Below are positions 24,338-37,800 of a stretch of DNA of 64,000 nt, one piece after another. This DNA is from Pristiophorus japonicus (Eukaryota): the NCBI RefSeq assembly GCF_044704955.1, contig NC_091991.1:115258001-115322000 (forward strand), written 5' to 3'. A program made the translations under genes and the position numbers. The notes beneath the pieces were generated by a model. The model was given only the letters and a program-made list of their open reading frames with translations. It did not search any database and was not told the origin of the DNA. Each line of letters opens with the position of its first letter. Positions within the stretch are counted from its first letter, which is position 1.

Positions 24338-24564
24338 CTAATGTAGAAAATACAGGTTAGTCCTGCTAGCCCCGAGCTGGAAGGGTAAGCAACACTCAAA
24401 CAAAATATGCCACTGGCAAAGACTGCTGAAACCACTCGCAATACAAATGCTCAGGAGAAAGCTCGACATAGTAGAACATTAAAAACTTCCCATTAAAGTA
24501 AAGACGCATAAATCCAGAGTAAAACGTGGGACTGACTCAGAAAATAGAGTGTACCCGAAGGTTA

Positions 24565-24855
24565 ATGACAGACCTGTACCCATTAGTACTGTTCCTCAGT
24601 GCTACACAGTGACAGACCTTTACCCACCAGTACTGTACCCCAGTGTTGTACAGAGAGACCTGTACCCCAGTGTTATACAGTAACAGACCTATACCCATTT
24701 GTAATGTACCCTAGTATTATACAAGGAGACCTGTATCCACCTGTACTGTAACCCAGTGTTAGTGACAGACCTGTACTGTAACCCAGTGTTAGTGACAGAC
24801 CTGTACTGTAGCCCGGTGTTATACAGTGACAGACCTGTACTCACCAGTCCTATAT
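24565..24855. repeat. Degenerate minisatellite (gtgacagacctgtacccaccagtactgtaccccagtgttatacag, 30-45-bp units)
   Basis: About 8 tandem units visible. Confidence 0.85.
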
Positions 24856-25371
24856 AAAACAGGCACCGCAATATTTTTAAATAATCTTCATCTCAGTCGG
24901 ACTATATATACACACACATCATAAATAACTGCGGTTTCCAGCAGCTTTAAGAATGGAGCATCTCATCCTCCCCACCCTTACCTCATGGTCTGCAGCACTC
25001 TCGCCATCCCTCCCTCCCCACCAGCTCCTTGTGTTACACATGATGCAGATGGCTCCTGTCCCATAATTCCTAAGCAAATGGAGACCACTTTAAGTTGCGG
25101 TTGAGGACTGGTGCCATGTCACAGGGCAAGCCACCATTGTTGCTTAGATGCTTACTGTATTCAAGCTAGTGATGATACCATCTTCAAAGTGAAACGCCCT
25201 TATAGTCAAGAAACTTTCTGGTGGTCTTCAGTTGTGCTGTTGCACGTCTGGGAATGACAATTCCGTAAGTGCCATTTACGTTTGAACCACCAGATTTTGC
25301 ATCTTTCTAAGAGGTCGCCGATAGAAGCAGTAAGCTTTATGGACTCATTAGCATTTGCACTTATTGCAGTT

Positions 25372-26335
25372 TGTACAAACATACAAACAGTGACAGATAG
25401 GTAAAGGCCCTCTGGTCCATCGAGACTGTCCTACAAAATCGTGATACCTTGTGTATCACAAAAGATACACTCCACCACACCCAAAACCACGTAATCTCCC
25501 GAGAAGTGAAAAACCAGATAAAAACCCAGGCCAATTTGGAGAAAGAAATCTGGGAAATTCCTCTCAGCCCCATCTAGACGATTGAAACTAGTACAGGAGA
25601 TCACCCTGGCCCTGAATTCCCTGCAGTGCCTACCTTCTGTGCCTGGTGATCTCCGCCCAGCCAGAAACGGGTCCAGCTCTCGCTTGAAGGAATTCAGCAA
25701 ATCAGCATCTACTGCACAAGACGGCAGCCTGTTCCAGAGGCCCACTATTCCCTTGGGAAAAGAACCAGCTCCTGACGTCTAACCTAGATCTGGCCTTATA
25801 CAACTTAAATTTGTGATCCCTGGTCCTCCGTAACTGGCAACTGGGACACAATCTATTCCCTTCATTATGTTATAAACCTCAATCAGATCACCTCCAAATC
25901 TACACTTCTCTAAAGTTTAGAGTCGCAACTCTTTTAGCCTATCTTGATACCAAGATGCGTAAACTGGGAATTGGTGTGTTGGCCCTCCTCTGCACCCTTT
26001 CCAAAACCTCAATATTGCCCACCATGTGGGCAGACCAAATCTGGACACAGTATTCCAAGTGCAGCCTGACTAAGGTCTTGTATAAGGGCAAAACAGTATG
26101 CGTCACCTTGTACTCAACTGCCCTATGGATACACCCGAACACCTTATTGGATCTAGCTATCACTTCATGGCAGTGCTCATGTACCTTTAGAGATGTATGC
26201 ACGAGAATGCCCAAATCTCTTTCTATCTGCACCTTATTTCATGCCTTTCCCTGAAGGGTCTATGAATGTTGAATATTTTCCTTGCCGACATACATAACAC
26301 TGCACTTATCGAAGTTGTACATTATTTGCCGGCAG
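25372..26335 (-). mobile_element. CR1 LINE 3' portion, divergent subfamily with long 3' UTR
   Basis: ERDLGILVH...LYKTLVRLHLEYCVQIWS...LERVQRRA; 3' UTR related to 14418-14600. Confidence 0.82.
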
Positions 26336-26631
26336 TTTTACTCTCTTTTGTAGGAGACTGGTCTACTTTCAGAAAAAAATTGCTGGAGAATAGCCCAAAC
26401 TAAAATGCTGAGGAGTGGAAATCTACCTTTTGTTCTTATTTCAATTTTTTTTTTGTGGCCATGGAAATTTCTAAATTTAATTTGAAAAATACCTCTCCAT
26501 CCCCTTCTCTTTGATTATGTCACCCTTCATTGTAATTACTGTAACCATTGGAAACCACATATCCCAGCATTCTGAAGTATCTGCAGAGCAGATTGTAATG
26601 TTTAAAGCCATGCAGAGTGTGTTTTGCTCAC

Positions 26632-26777
26632 CATCTGTTGCACTGACAAAGCATGCGATTCCTTCCTGAAGTCCAACTTTAAAAGGTGCATCTCCCTTTC
26701 CAACCTTTCTCCAGTTAAACATATCCAAAGCACTTTCATCCCCACTTACTGCAGCTTTAGCCAACTGTACGAGGTCC
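26632..26777 (-). CDS. IFT140: IFT140 coding exon 4 (146 nt)
   Basis: [48 protein letters not shown](G); CAG/GTGAG junctions. Confidence 0.96.
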
Positions 26778-27379
26778 CTGCAGAATGAAGCACTCATCAG
26801 TCTCATTCCTCTCTACATGCAACTAGCTATCAACACATATCTGCTCCTGCTAATCCCTGGGGTGCTGGCAGCAGGCGACAGCAATACAACATAAAACAAG
26901 CTTCAATTTTGCTGAATTTGGACTGGACTGGAGATCATGCTGTTATGGTTCTCTTTCAGAAGGTAGGTATGTTTGCACTTCAATGTCGCTTTATCACTTC
27001 TCGCAGAGAAATTTCATAGCAATTCACACATTTTGAGGTACAATGCAATGGACTGTTATTATGTGGTCAAATACAGCAGCCATTTTATGCACAGCAAGAA
27101 CCAGTCAAACTATTTCTAGTGGTGTTGAAGAGAGTAGGACTGTTGGCCATGACACCTTCTTTGAAGAGAATTATGGGATCTTCAACCTCCATAGGATTGG
27201 GCGAACACGGCCTCATTTTGATATTGCGTGTGAAAGACAATACCTCAAATATTGCAGCACACCTTGAGTGCTGTAATGAAGTGTCAGCCTCGATTATGTA
27301 CTCGAGTCCTGGACTGGGCTTGAACTCTCAACCGTCTAAGGCAAGAGTGCTAGCTCATACAACAACAACAACTTTTATT

Positions 27380-29447
27380 TTAAAATAAAAAAGGGAAGGT
27401 GGCTCAACCGTGGCTATCAAGGGAAATCAGGGATAGCATTAAAGCCAAGGAAGTGGCATACAAATTGGCCAGAAATAGCAGAGAACCCGGGGACTGGGAG
27501 AAATTTAGAACTCAGCAGAGGAGGACAAAGGGTTTGATTAGGGCAGGGAAAATAGAGTATGAGAAGAAGCTTGCAGGGAACATTAAGACAGATTGCAAAA
27601 GTTTCTATAGATATGTAAAGAGAAAAAGGTAAAGACAAACGTAGGTCCCCTGCAGTCAGAATCAGGGGAAGTCATAACGGGGAACAAAGAAATGGCGGAC
27701 CAATTGAACAGGTACTTTGGTTCGGTATTCACTGAGGAGGACACAAACAACCTTCCGGATATAAAAGGGGTCGGAGGGTCTAGTAAGGAGGAGGAACTGA
27801 GGGAAATCCTTATTAGTCGGGAAATTGTGTTCGGGAAATTGATGGGATTGAAGGCCGATAAATCCCCAGGGCCTGATGGACTGCATCCCAGAGTACTTAA
27901 GGAGGTGGCCTTGGAAATAGCGGATGCATTGACAGTCATTTTCCAACATTCCATTGACTCTGGATCAGTTCCTATGGAGTGGAGGGTAGCCAATGTAACC
28001 CCACTTTTTAAAAAAAGGAGGGAGAGAGAAAACAGGGAATTACAGACCGGTCAGCCTGACATCGGTAGTGGGTAAAATGATGGAATCAATTATTAAGGAT
28101 GTCATAGCAGTGCATTTGGAAAGAGGTAATATGATAGGTCCAAGTCAGCATGGATTTGTGAAAGGGAAATCATGCTTGACAAATCTTCTGGAATTTTTTG
28201 AGGATGTTTCCAGTAGAGTGGACAAGGGAGAACCAGTTGATGTGGTATATTTGGACTTTCAGAAGGCTTTCGACAAGGTCCCACACAAGAGATTAATGTG
28301 CAAAGTTAAAGCACATGGGACTGGGGGTAGTGTGCTGACATGGATTGAGAACTGGTTGTCAGACAGGAAGCAAAGAGTAGGAGTAAATGGGGACTTTTCA
28401 GAATGGCAGGCAGTGACTAGTGGGGTACCGCAAGGTTCTGTGCTGGGGTCCCAGCTGTTTACACTGTACATTAATGATTTAGACGAGGGGATTAAATGTA
28501 GTATCTCCAAATTTGCGGATGACACTAAGTTGGGTGGCAGCGTGAGCTGCAAGGAGGATTCTATGAGGCTGCAGAGCGACTTGGATAGGTTAGGTGAGTG
28601 GGCAAATGCGTGGCAGATGAAGTATAATGTGGATAAATGTGAGGTTATCCACTTTGGTGGTAAAAACAGAGAGACAGACTATTATCTGAATGGTGACAGA
28701 TTAGGAAAAGGGCAGGTGCAAAGAGACCTGGGTGTCATGGTACATCAGTCATTGAAGGTTGGCATGCAGGTACAGCAGGCGGTTAAGAAAGCAAATGGCA
28801 TGTTGGCCTTCATAGCGAGGGGATTTGAGTACAAGGGCAGGGAGGTGTTGCTACAATTGTACAGGGCCTTGGTGAGGCCACACCTGGAGTATTGTGTACA
28901 GTTTTGGTCTCCTAACCTGAGGAAGGACATTCTTGCTATTGAGGGAGTGCAGCGAAGGTTCACCAGACTGATTTCGGGATGGCAGGACTGACATACCAAG
29001 AAAGACTGGATCAACTGGGCTTGTATTCACTGGAGTTCAGAAGAATGAGAGGGGACCTCATAGAAACGTTTAAAATTCTGACGGGGTTAGACAGGTTAGA
29101 TGCAGGAAGAATGTTCCCAATGTTGGGGAAGTCCAGAACCAGGGGACACAGTCTAAGGATAAGGGGGAAGCCATTTAGGACCGAGATGAGGAGGAATTTC
29201 TTCACCCAGAGAGTGGTGAACCTGTGGAATTCTCTACCACAGAAAGTTGTTGAGGCCAATTCACTAAATATATTCAAAAAGGAGTTAGATGAAGTCCTTA
29301 CTACTAGGGGAATCAAGGGGTATGGTGAGAAAGCAGGAATGGGGTACTGAAGTTGCATGTTCAGCCATGAACTCATTGAATGGCGGTGCAGGCTAGAAGG
29401 GCCGAATGGCCTACTCCTGCACCTATTTTCTATGTTTCTATGTTTCT
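27380..29447 (+). mobile_element. Young 5'-truncated CR1 LINE (RT region, few frameshifts)
   Basis: ORFs 27399-29350 carry the full RT motif set (YLDFQKAFDKVPH, PQGSVLG, KFADDTKL); (tttctatg)n tail. Confidence 0.93.
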
Positions 29448-29948
29448 ATTTGTATAGCGCCTTTAAAGTAGTAAAACATCCCAAGGCACTTCACAGCAGT
29501 GTTACAAGACAAAACATAAATTTGACACTGAGCCACATGAGAAGAAATTACAGCAGATGACCAAAAGCTTGGTTAAAGAAGTAGGTTTTAAGGAGCATCT
29601 TAAAGTAGGAAAGATAGGTAGAGAGGCGGAGGGGTTTAGGGAGGGAGTTCCAGAGCTTGGGGCCTAGGCAACAGAAAGCACGGCCACCGATGGTTGAGCA
29701 GCTATAATCAGGGATCCTCAAGAGCGCAGAATTTGAGGAGCGCAGACATCTCGTGGGTTTGTGAGGCTGAAATAGATTACAGAGATAGGAAGGGGAGAGG
29801 CCATGGAGGAATTTGTAAACAAGGATGAGAATTTTGAAATCGAGGCGTTGTTTAACCGGGAGCCAATGTAGGTCAGCAAGCACGGGGTGATGGGTGAGCA
29901 GGACTTGGTGCGAGTTAGGACACGGGATGCCGAGTTCTGGATGACCTC
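29445..29948 (-). mobile_element. L2-type LINE 3' fragment
   Basis: LADLHWLPVKQRLDFKILILVYK...GGRAFCCLGPKLWNSLP. Confidence 0.87.
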
Positions 29949-30035
29949 ATACCTGAAACATTAGTCCTCCAAGGTGTCATAGGGAGAAAGGCTGGGAAGA
30001 GTGTTTGTTGACTGAGAAGTTTAAGTTGTACTTAC

Positions 30036-30157
30036 TCTCCTGGGGCAGGAGGTTTGAAGACACAGTGAGTCAGGGGCTTGCCATAATCCTGTTTACCAAG
30101 CGGTGATCCTTGTACTCGCCCATGCTGATCCACCCGCCACACCATCAAAACGCCAGC
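30036..30157 (-). CDS. IFT140: IFT140 coding exon 3 (122 nt)
   Basis: [40 protein letters not shown](E); CAG/GTAAG junctions. Confidence 0.95.
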
Positions 30158-31119
30158 CTGGCAGCAACCAAAAGAAGATACAACAGTAAAGGAAACATTT
30201 GAATCTGTGCTATTGCAACTAGTCATTTAGTACCTTGGTGTTGAGAAGATTTAAGATCCATCTTCAACATCTAGAGATTTCACAGATAATTTGACTGCAT
30301 GTAAGTTGACAGTGTTATGTTTCAAGTACCCTGCACAATATGATCAATTTGTACTTCAGAACACGATATTTGTACAGGATTCTAAATATTCATCAAGTAG
30401 ATTTAATAAATTTCTATCCTATTCCTTAAAAGTACTGATCCACACTCGCATCACAACTGGAAAGAACTCCTTATTGCTGACATAAACTGGCAACATTCAG
30501 CACTTTACAAAAGGGGCACTATAAGTTAAGGGTGTGTGTGAATGAGGACGAGAGCGAAATTAAACAAAGTGGATTGTGGAGAAAAACACTATAGACTAGA
30601 TGGACTGACTGGCCTGTTTGTGCCACATTCATAAAATAGAACGTGCTGGCAAGAAAGGACCCCGACAGGTCCTGATAGGGGTGGGGATGTCAGATCATGT
30701 GCCCGGTGTGGAGGGCCGGGGTGGAATGGTGGTGTCAGGGCATATTCCTGGCTAAAAAGCAACATTAATCATTGACTAGTCACAACCGGTCACATGATTA
30801 TGAATGGATCGTTCAAAAGCGACATTGATAAATTTTCATTATTAACATGAGTCAATCTCCTGTTGTGTTTTCACGGAGTCAAAACCAAGCGCAGTCTTCA
30901 GGTGAAAGGTCAGAGCGGGTGGGAGTGGCAGACTCCCTTCCCCAACGGGCATTAATGGGATTTTATGACAATCCGGCAGGTTATGGTCATTTTGATTCGA
31001 GTGCCAATCCACACATTACCAGATTTATTTTACCCAATTTCAACTTGCCATATGAACTCTCAACCTTCGGGGTGCAAGTCCAGTCCCACTCTCACTAAAC
31101 TACTGTACCCATACTATAT

Positions 31120-31215
31120 AAAATTAAAACAGAATGCTGGAAATACTCAGTTCAGGCAACATCTGTGGAGAGAGAAACAAAGCTAACATTTCAGGTCGGT
31201 GACCTGCCATCATAT
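31120..31215 (-). mobile_element. Penelope-like terminal repeat fragment
   Basis: aatgctggaaatactcag..tcaggcaacatctgtggagagagaaac, repeated at 52400-52540 near a GIY-YIG remnant. Confidence 0.55.
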
Positions 31216-31216
31216 T

Positions 31217-31892
31217 GGGTTGACAATTCCAGCCTCGTCGGGTGCTTACTATGTGCGTGTGCACCCGACGAGGCCTCGCAAATGCCAGTTCTCAGAGCGC
31301 AATACGCATGCGCCAAGAACCGGCTTTTCCGATCTGTCAAAATCGGATGGAGATTTAGGCTATTTGCCCAGCGAATGTCCTTCAAACACCTGGTAAAAGC
31401 AGGCATATAGCCTACTTTTGCCAGCGTAAGAGTTTTAAAACATAGAAAAATTAAATTTAATCACTCACTTTTATATTAAAAACCCTGTCCATTAAGTCAA
31501 GTTTATTCATTTTTAACCCTATTAAAAACACATAAAAAAAAATTCTAAAAATTATTTTACTTTCTAAAACATTTAATTACATTCAATTTCAATTAATTTT
31601 AAATATGTGAGGTTTTTTTTTTAATTTATTGTGTTGTTTCTTGTTTTAGGGAGGTATTCTCATTGATAGTAGTCGGAGCTTGTACAAATAGAGCTCCCGT
31701 TATTGTCAATGAGAATACTACATAGGGATTGGTGGTCCACGGATACAATCCTGGAGGACATGTTCCCGTACACTGGGCTGCGAATGAAGGCCTCCGACCG
31801 GAATCCTACGTTCCTCCGGCACCACCAGGTAATTTTGTTAAAATTTTGGGTCGGAGGCATTCGAAGGAAACATCAGATCGCAATTTCTCCCC
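31217..31892. mobile_element. Probable non-autonomous DNA transposon (GC/CpG-rich ends, AT-rich core)
   Basis: CpG-rich arms around an AT-rich centre; right end reads GGGGAGAAATTG on the minus strand, resembling Harbinger-type termini; TIR match is poor. Confidence 0.45.
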
Positions 31893-32203
31893 CTTCCCCC
31901 CGCCCCCATGATATAAATGTTGTTGATAATGAAACCCTTCAAATCCACCCCATATACTGAGGAGACTCTACGGAAGGGGGAAATAGACTCAGTTCTCAGA
32001 CTCCCTGGGTGTCTGCTCATTGCTAAGTGGCCCCATTGACTCCATGGGGCACTTTTATACAATGATGCATTAAATAATAATGCAGAAGGTTCCTCATTTT
32101 CCACTTTATAAATCCTTTGGAGTGTTGCCATCGAGGTTCTTTAAAACTACACTTGTGCCAGAATTCATTTCTGCCGACAATCTCAACATCCTCTGTCACG
32201 TAC

Positions 32204-32428
32204 CTTATCAGCAGAGACCAGCCGTGTGCCGTTGCTGCTCCACTCCAGGATGGTGATCTCAGCTCGGTGTGTGCCAGCTGCTATCTGTTGTTCATCCCCA
32301 CCCTGCTCAGACCAAAATATCACCGCTCCAGTTTGCCAACCAATTGCCAGAACCTTCTTGGAAGGGTGCCAACTGACGAGTGCTGGCTGGAAGGGGCGCC
32401 CAATGTGAGAGTTGGGAATGTGCTCTCC
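32204..32428 (-). CDS. IFT140: IFT140 coding exon 2 (225 nt)
   Basis: GEHIPNSHIGRPFQPALVSWHPSKKVLAIGWQTGAVIFWSEQGGDEQQIAAGTHRAEITILEWSSNGTRLVSADK (WD40); CAG/GTAC junctions. Confidence 0.96.
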
Positions 32429-32699
32429 CTGTAAACAAAAAGAGGTTAGAACACTGCATCCCACTCGGTGTATACACTGCTATCCTCCACATTGTATGGG
32501 CATACCTGCAGTGGAGACACAAGCCATTTCTTGATTTGAAAAAACACACAATTGTCACATCCAGTGGTGCAAGTTGAGGGGAGCTTGTTTCTAGCACCTG
32601 TGGTACGATGCTGTGGCAAGATACACTTCAGTATGCTTTACCACCTAACTTGAATCTTTAAATCTTTAAGCACCCTTTGTGCCACCTGTTGGGATATTC

Positions 32700-33030
32700 A
32701 GGTTGCTGCTACAAACTCGCCCAGCTTCTTTGGCAGCACCTCCCAAACCCGTGACCTCTACCACCTAGAAGGACAGCAGGCGCATGGGAACACCATCACC
32801 TGAAAGTTCCCCTCCAAGTTACACACCATCCTGCCTTGGAAATATATCGCCGTTCCTTCATCATTCCTGGGTCAAAACCCTGAAACTCCCTCCCTCCTAA
32901 CAGCACTGTGGGAGTTCCTTCACCACAAGGGCAGCAGTTCAAGAAGGCAGCTCACCACCACCTCCTCAAGGGCAGTTAGGGATGGGCAATAAATGCTTGC
33001 ATTGCCAGCGACGCCCTGAACGAATGACAA
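32700..33030 (+). mobile_element. LINE (CR1/L2 group) 3' end of a further family
   Basis: ...ttcaagaaggcagctcaccaccacctcctcaagggcagttagggatgggcaataaatgc; related pieces on the minus strand at 36300-36415 and 48780-48960. Confidence 0.65.
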
Positions 33031-33469
33031 AAAAGGTGCAGTCCTGGAATGTATGTTAGAGGTCTGCACAGAGTGGTCGTAAACGGAGTGCACGTAAACA
33101 GAGTGTTAAAGTTGGGAATTCGGAGCAGATTGGGAAGGAGGTGCTACTTGTAGTCCTTTGTGTTACAGGCAAATATTTAATTTAATCTACCTATAACTTA
33201 AAATAGTAATTAGTTAAACTATAAGCCAAGTTAATTACATATATAGGGGGAAAAATTGCCCCTCGCCCTGATTGAAGGCAGTAACCTTCCGGGCCAGGAC
33301 TTTTATTGCCCGGCCCACAAGTCCCGTCCCAGACATGAAATTGGTCGGCTACAACGTCCCTCCCCTTCAATTAAAGGGGAGGGCCACTGTGCACTGCAGG
33401 CCCTTTAGTGGCCAGCCACTGGGCCACCAGGAGCACAATCGACCGGGCCAGCGGCAAGTGTAGCGATTT

Positions 33470-35780
33470 GGGTAAGGATAAGCAGAACTTGACAGGAAAG
33501 GACAGAGTTTAATAGTAATGGTGCATCAGCAAATATGGTGAAAGCAGGGAATAATGGTAAAAAGTTAAAATTAAAGGCTCTTTATCTGAATGCACGAAGC
33601 ATTCGTAACAAGATAGACAAATTAGTGGCACAAATAGAGTTAAATGGGTTTGATCTAATAGAGAGACGCATTTGCAAGATGACCAAGGTTGGGAACTAAA
33701 TATTCCAGAGTACTTGATGTTTCAAAAAGATAGGCAGAATGAAAAAGGGAGGGTGGCAGGGGGGGGGGGGGGGGGTTGCCCTGATAATAAAGGATGACGC
33801 AAGGACAGTAGTGAGAAAGGATCTTGGCTCGGACGATCAGGAAGTAGAATCAGTATGAGTAGAGATAAGAAATAACATGGGGCAGAAAACACTGCTGAGT
33901 GTAGTTCATAGTCCCCCTAACTGTAGCTATACCATTGGACAGAGTATTAATCAAGAAATAATAGGGAGCATGTAACAAAGGTAATGCAATAATCATGGGA
34001 GACTTTAGTTTTCATATCGACTGCGCAAATCAAATTGCCAAAGGTAGTCTGGAGCGCGAGTTCATGGAATGCATTAGAGCCAGTTTCCTTGAACAATACG
34101 TTGTGGAACAAACCAGGGAATGGAATATTTTAGATCTTGTGTTGTGTATTGAGACAGGGTTAATTAGTAATCTCATAGTAAAGATCCTCTGGGGAAGAGT
34201 GATCATAATACGATAGAATTTCACGTTGAGTTTGAGAGTGACATACTTAAGTCTGAAACTAGAGTCTTAAACTTAAATATAGCCAATTACATAGGTATAA
34301 GGGATGCGTAAACCAAGATAGATTGGCAAATTAGATTAAAAGGTATGACAATAAGCAGTGGCAAACATTTAAAGAAATATTCCAAAATTCTCAACGAATA
34401 TACATTCCATTGAGAAATAAAAACTCCAAGGGGGACAGAGTATAAAAGTAGGGAAGTCCTGCTTCAACTGCAGGGCGTTGGTAAGACCAGGGCGCTGAAG
34501 TACTGCGTACAGTTTTGATGATCTTATTTAAGGAAGGATATACTTGCACTGGAGCAGTTCAAAGAAGGTTCACGAGGTTGATTCCTGAGATGAAGGGGTT
34601 GTCATATAAAGAAGGGTTGAGCAGGTTGGACCTATACTCATTGGAGTTTAGAAGAATGAGAGGTGATCTTACTGAAACATATAAGATTCTGAAGGAGCTT
34701 TACCAGGTAGGTGCAGAGAGAATGTTTCTCCTAGTGGGGGAATCTAGAATTAGGAGGCATGGTTTCAGAATAAGGAGTCGCCCATTTAAAACAGAAATGA
34801 GGAGAAATTTCATCTCTCAGGAGGATTGTGAATCTTTGGAATCCTCTACCACAGAGAGCTGTGGAGGCTGGGTCATTGAATATATTTAAGTTGGAGAGAG
34901 ACAGATTTTTGAACAATAAGGGTTATGGGGAGCAGGCAGGGAAGTGGAATTGACACCAGGATCAGATCAGCCATGATTTTATTGAATGGTGGAGCAGGCT
35001 CGAGGGGCCAAATGGCCTACTCCTGCTCCTATTTCTTATGTTCTTATAAAAGTGATTCATCTGTGGCTAACTAAAGAAGTTAAGGATAGTATTAGATTAA
35101 AAGAGGCTTATAAAGTTGCGAAAATAGTAGTACAGTATAATAGCAGAACAGTAGGATTGGGAGAGCTTTAGAAGCCAGCAAAGGATGACCAAAAAAATTA
35201 TAAAACGGGAGAAGATACAATACAAGAGTAAACTAGCAAGAAATATAAACACAGCTTGTTAGAGCTTCTACAAGTATGTAAAAAAAGGAAGAGAGTAGCA
35301 AAGGTAAGTGTTGGTCCCTTAGAGACTGAGGCAGGAGAAATTATAATGGGGAAAAAGGAAATGGTAGAGACTTTAAATAAATATTTTGTATCTGTCTTCA
35401 CAGTAGAAGACACAAAAAGCATACCAAACATAGTGGGGAACCAAGGAGAAAATGACAGTAAGGAACTTAAAGTAATTAATATCAGTAGAGAAAAAGTACT
35501 TCAGTAACTAATGGGACTGAAAGCCGACAAATCCCTGGACCTGGTGGCCTCAATCCAAGGGTTCTAAAAGAGGTGGCTGCAGAGATAGCGGATGCATTAT
35601 GATCTTCCAAAATTCACCAGATTCTGGAATGGTCCCAGCGGTTTGGAATTTGGCAAATGTAACCCCACTATTCAAGAAAGGAGGGAGAGCGAAAACAGTG
35701 AACTGCAGGCCAGTTAACCTGACATCAGTTGTCGGGAAAACATTTGCATCGATTATTGAGGAAATGGTACACTTAGAAAA
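33470..35780 (+). mobile_element. Decayed CR1 (APE and start of RT) with a nested CR1 3' fragment at ~34432-35046
   Basis: LYLNARSIRNKID...MGDFSFHID; the host sequence breaks at aactccaaggg and resumes at aaagtgattcatctgtggctaac after a complete CR1 tail. Confidence 0.85.
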
Positions 35781-36300
35781 CAATTTATATTTATATAGCG
35801 CATTTAATGTCCCAAGGTGCATTGAGACACAAAAAATTTAACACCAAGCCACATAAGAAGAAATTAGGGCAGGTGACCAAAAGCTTGGTAGGTTTTAAGG
35901 AGCATTTTAAAGAAGGAAAGCGAGGTAGAGAGCCAGAGAGTAGAGGTTTAGGCAGGGAATTCCAGAAATCTGGGATGCACAAGAGGGCAGATATCTCGCG
36001 GGGGGGTGGGGGGGGGGGGCGGTTGTGGGGCTGAAGGAGATTACAGAGATAGGGAGGGGCAAGGCCATGGAGGGATTTGAAAATAAGGATGAGAATTTTG
36101 AAATCAAGGCGTTGCTTAACCAGAAGCCAATGTAGGTCAACAAGCACAGGGGTGAAGGGTGAGCGAGACTTGGTGCAAATTAGGACACGGACAGCCGAGT
36201 TTTGGATGACCTCAAGTTTACATAGGGTGGAATGTGGGAGGCCAGCCAGGAGTACATGGAATAGTCAAGTCTAGAAGTAACAAAGGCATGGATGAGGACT
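35779..36300 (-). mobile_element. L2-type LINE 3' fragment
   Basis: LIHAFVTSRLDYS...DLHWLLVKQRLDFKILILIFKSLHGLAPPYL. Confidence 0.85.
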
Positions 36301-36436
36301 TGGCAGCACGTCCTTCTAGATGCTGGTGGTCGCGGGCTTGGGAGGTGCTGCCGAAGAAGCCTTGGTGAGTTGCTGCAGTGCATCTTGTAGATGGTACACT
36401 CTGCAGCCACGGTACGTAAGTAATGGAGGAACTCTT

Positions 36437-37343
36437 ATGCTAAACATTAGTAAGACAAAGGTCCTCCACCAGCCTGTCCTCGCCACACAGCACTGCCCCC
36501 GAGATCAAGATCCACGGCGTGGCCCTGGACAACGTGAACCACTTCTCCTATCTCAGGAACCTCCTATCAACAAGAGCAGGCATTGACGACGAGATCCAAC
36601 ACTGCCTCCAGTGCGCCAGTGTAGCCTTCAGCCACCTGAGGAAGAGAGTGTTTGAAGACCAGTTCCTCAAAACTGTCACCAAGCTCATGGTCTACAGGGC
36701 CATAGTAATACCTGCTCTCCTGTATGGCTCAGAGACGTGGACCATGTACAGCAGACACCTCAAGCCGCTGGAGAAATACCACCAGCGATGTCTCCGCAAG
36801 ATCCTGCATATCCCCTGGGAGGACAGACGCACAAACATTAGCGTCCTCGTCCAGGCCAACATCCCCAGCATTGAAGCACTGACCACACTTGATCTGTTCC
36901 GCTGGGCAGGCCACATAGTCCGCATGCCAGACACGAGACTCCCAAAGCAAGAGCTCTACTCGGAACTCGTCCACGGCAAACGAGCCAAAAGCGGGCAGAG
37001 GAAACGTTACAAGGACACTCTCAAAGCCTCCCTGATAAAGTGCGACATCCCCACTGACGCCTGGAAGTCCCTGGTCATAGACTGCCCTAAGTGAAGGAAG
37101 TGCATTCGGGAGGGCGCTGAGCTCCTCGAGTATCGTTGCCGAGAGCATTCAGAAATCAAGCGCAGGCAGCGGAAGGAGCGTGCGGCAAACCAGGCTCCCT
37201 GCCCACCCTTTCCCTCAACTACTATCTGTCCCACCTGTGACAGAGACTGTGGTTCTCGTGTTGGACTGTACAGCCACCTGAGAACTCATGCTAAGAGTGG
37301 AAGCAAGTCTTCCTCGATTCTGGGGGACTGCCTATAATGATGA
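36437..37343 (+). mobile_element. RTE-clade LINE 3' portion
   Basis: LNISKTKVL...FSYL...KLMVYRAIVIPALLYGSETW...RWAGHIVRMPDTRLPKQ...CPTCDRDCGSRVGLYSHLRTH; (ATG)n-type tail. Confidence 0.9.
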
Positions 37344-37647
37344 ATATTTAAGGTGGTGGATGGGGTGCTGAGTTAGCTGATCTGAGGAGGACACAATCAG
37401 CCTTACTGTCTCAGGGTTAAAGAGGAGAAACCAGCCAGGAGCCACATGCCAATGACACCTGCTAGAAATACACAGTTAGATGTTTGATGATAGGGCTTGG
37501 TTGGAAGGTCCTTTGACCAATTAACTTGGCGACACTTATTCTTGAGGTTCACAAATGAATAATGGCTCACTGTACCCAATAGTAACCGACCCTAAAACAA
37601 AGTGGACGTGGCCTTCAGGAGAGGGGAGGAAATTGTGAGATACCCAC

Positions 37648-37800
37648 CTGCTCAAGATACACATCCACACTACCTCCTGGAGTGTTACTGGTACTGACAG
37701 AGGCTACTGCCAGTAATGGGTGGATACAATGCCAAGCAATCTCTGACGGAGAACCCACAGTATCTGGTGTCTCAATGCAATGATCGAAGTAAACTGCCAT
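37648..37800 (-). CDS. IFT140: IFT140 first coding exon (153 coding nt; acceptor ~37828)
   Basis: [51 protein letters not shown] matches human [37 protein letters not shown]|GTGGG donor. Confidence 0.96.

Noticed and set aside
28068-29350. Active or domesticated reverse transcriptase gene
   Set aside because: 5'-truncated CR1 copy lacking APE and ORF1, with frameshifts and a stop.
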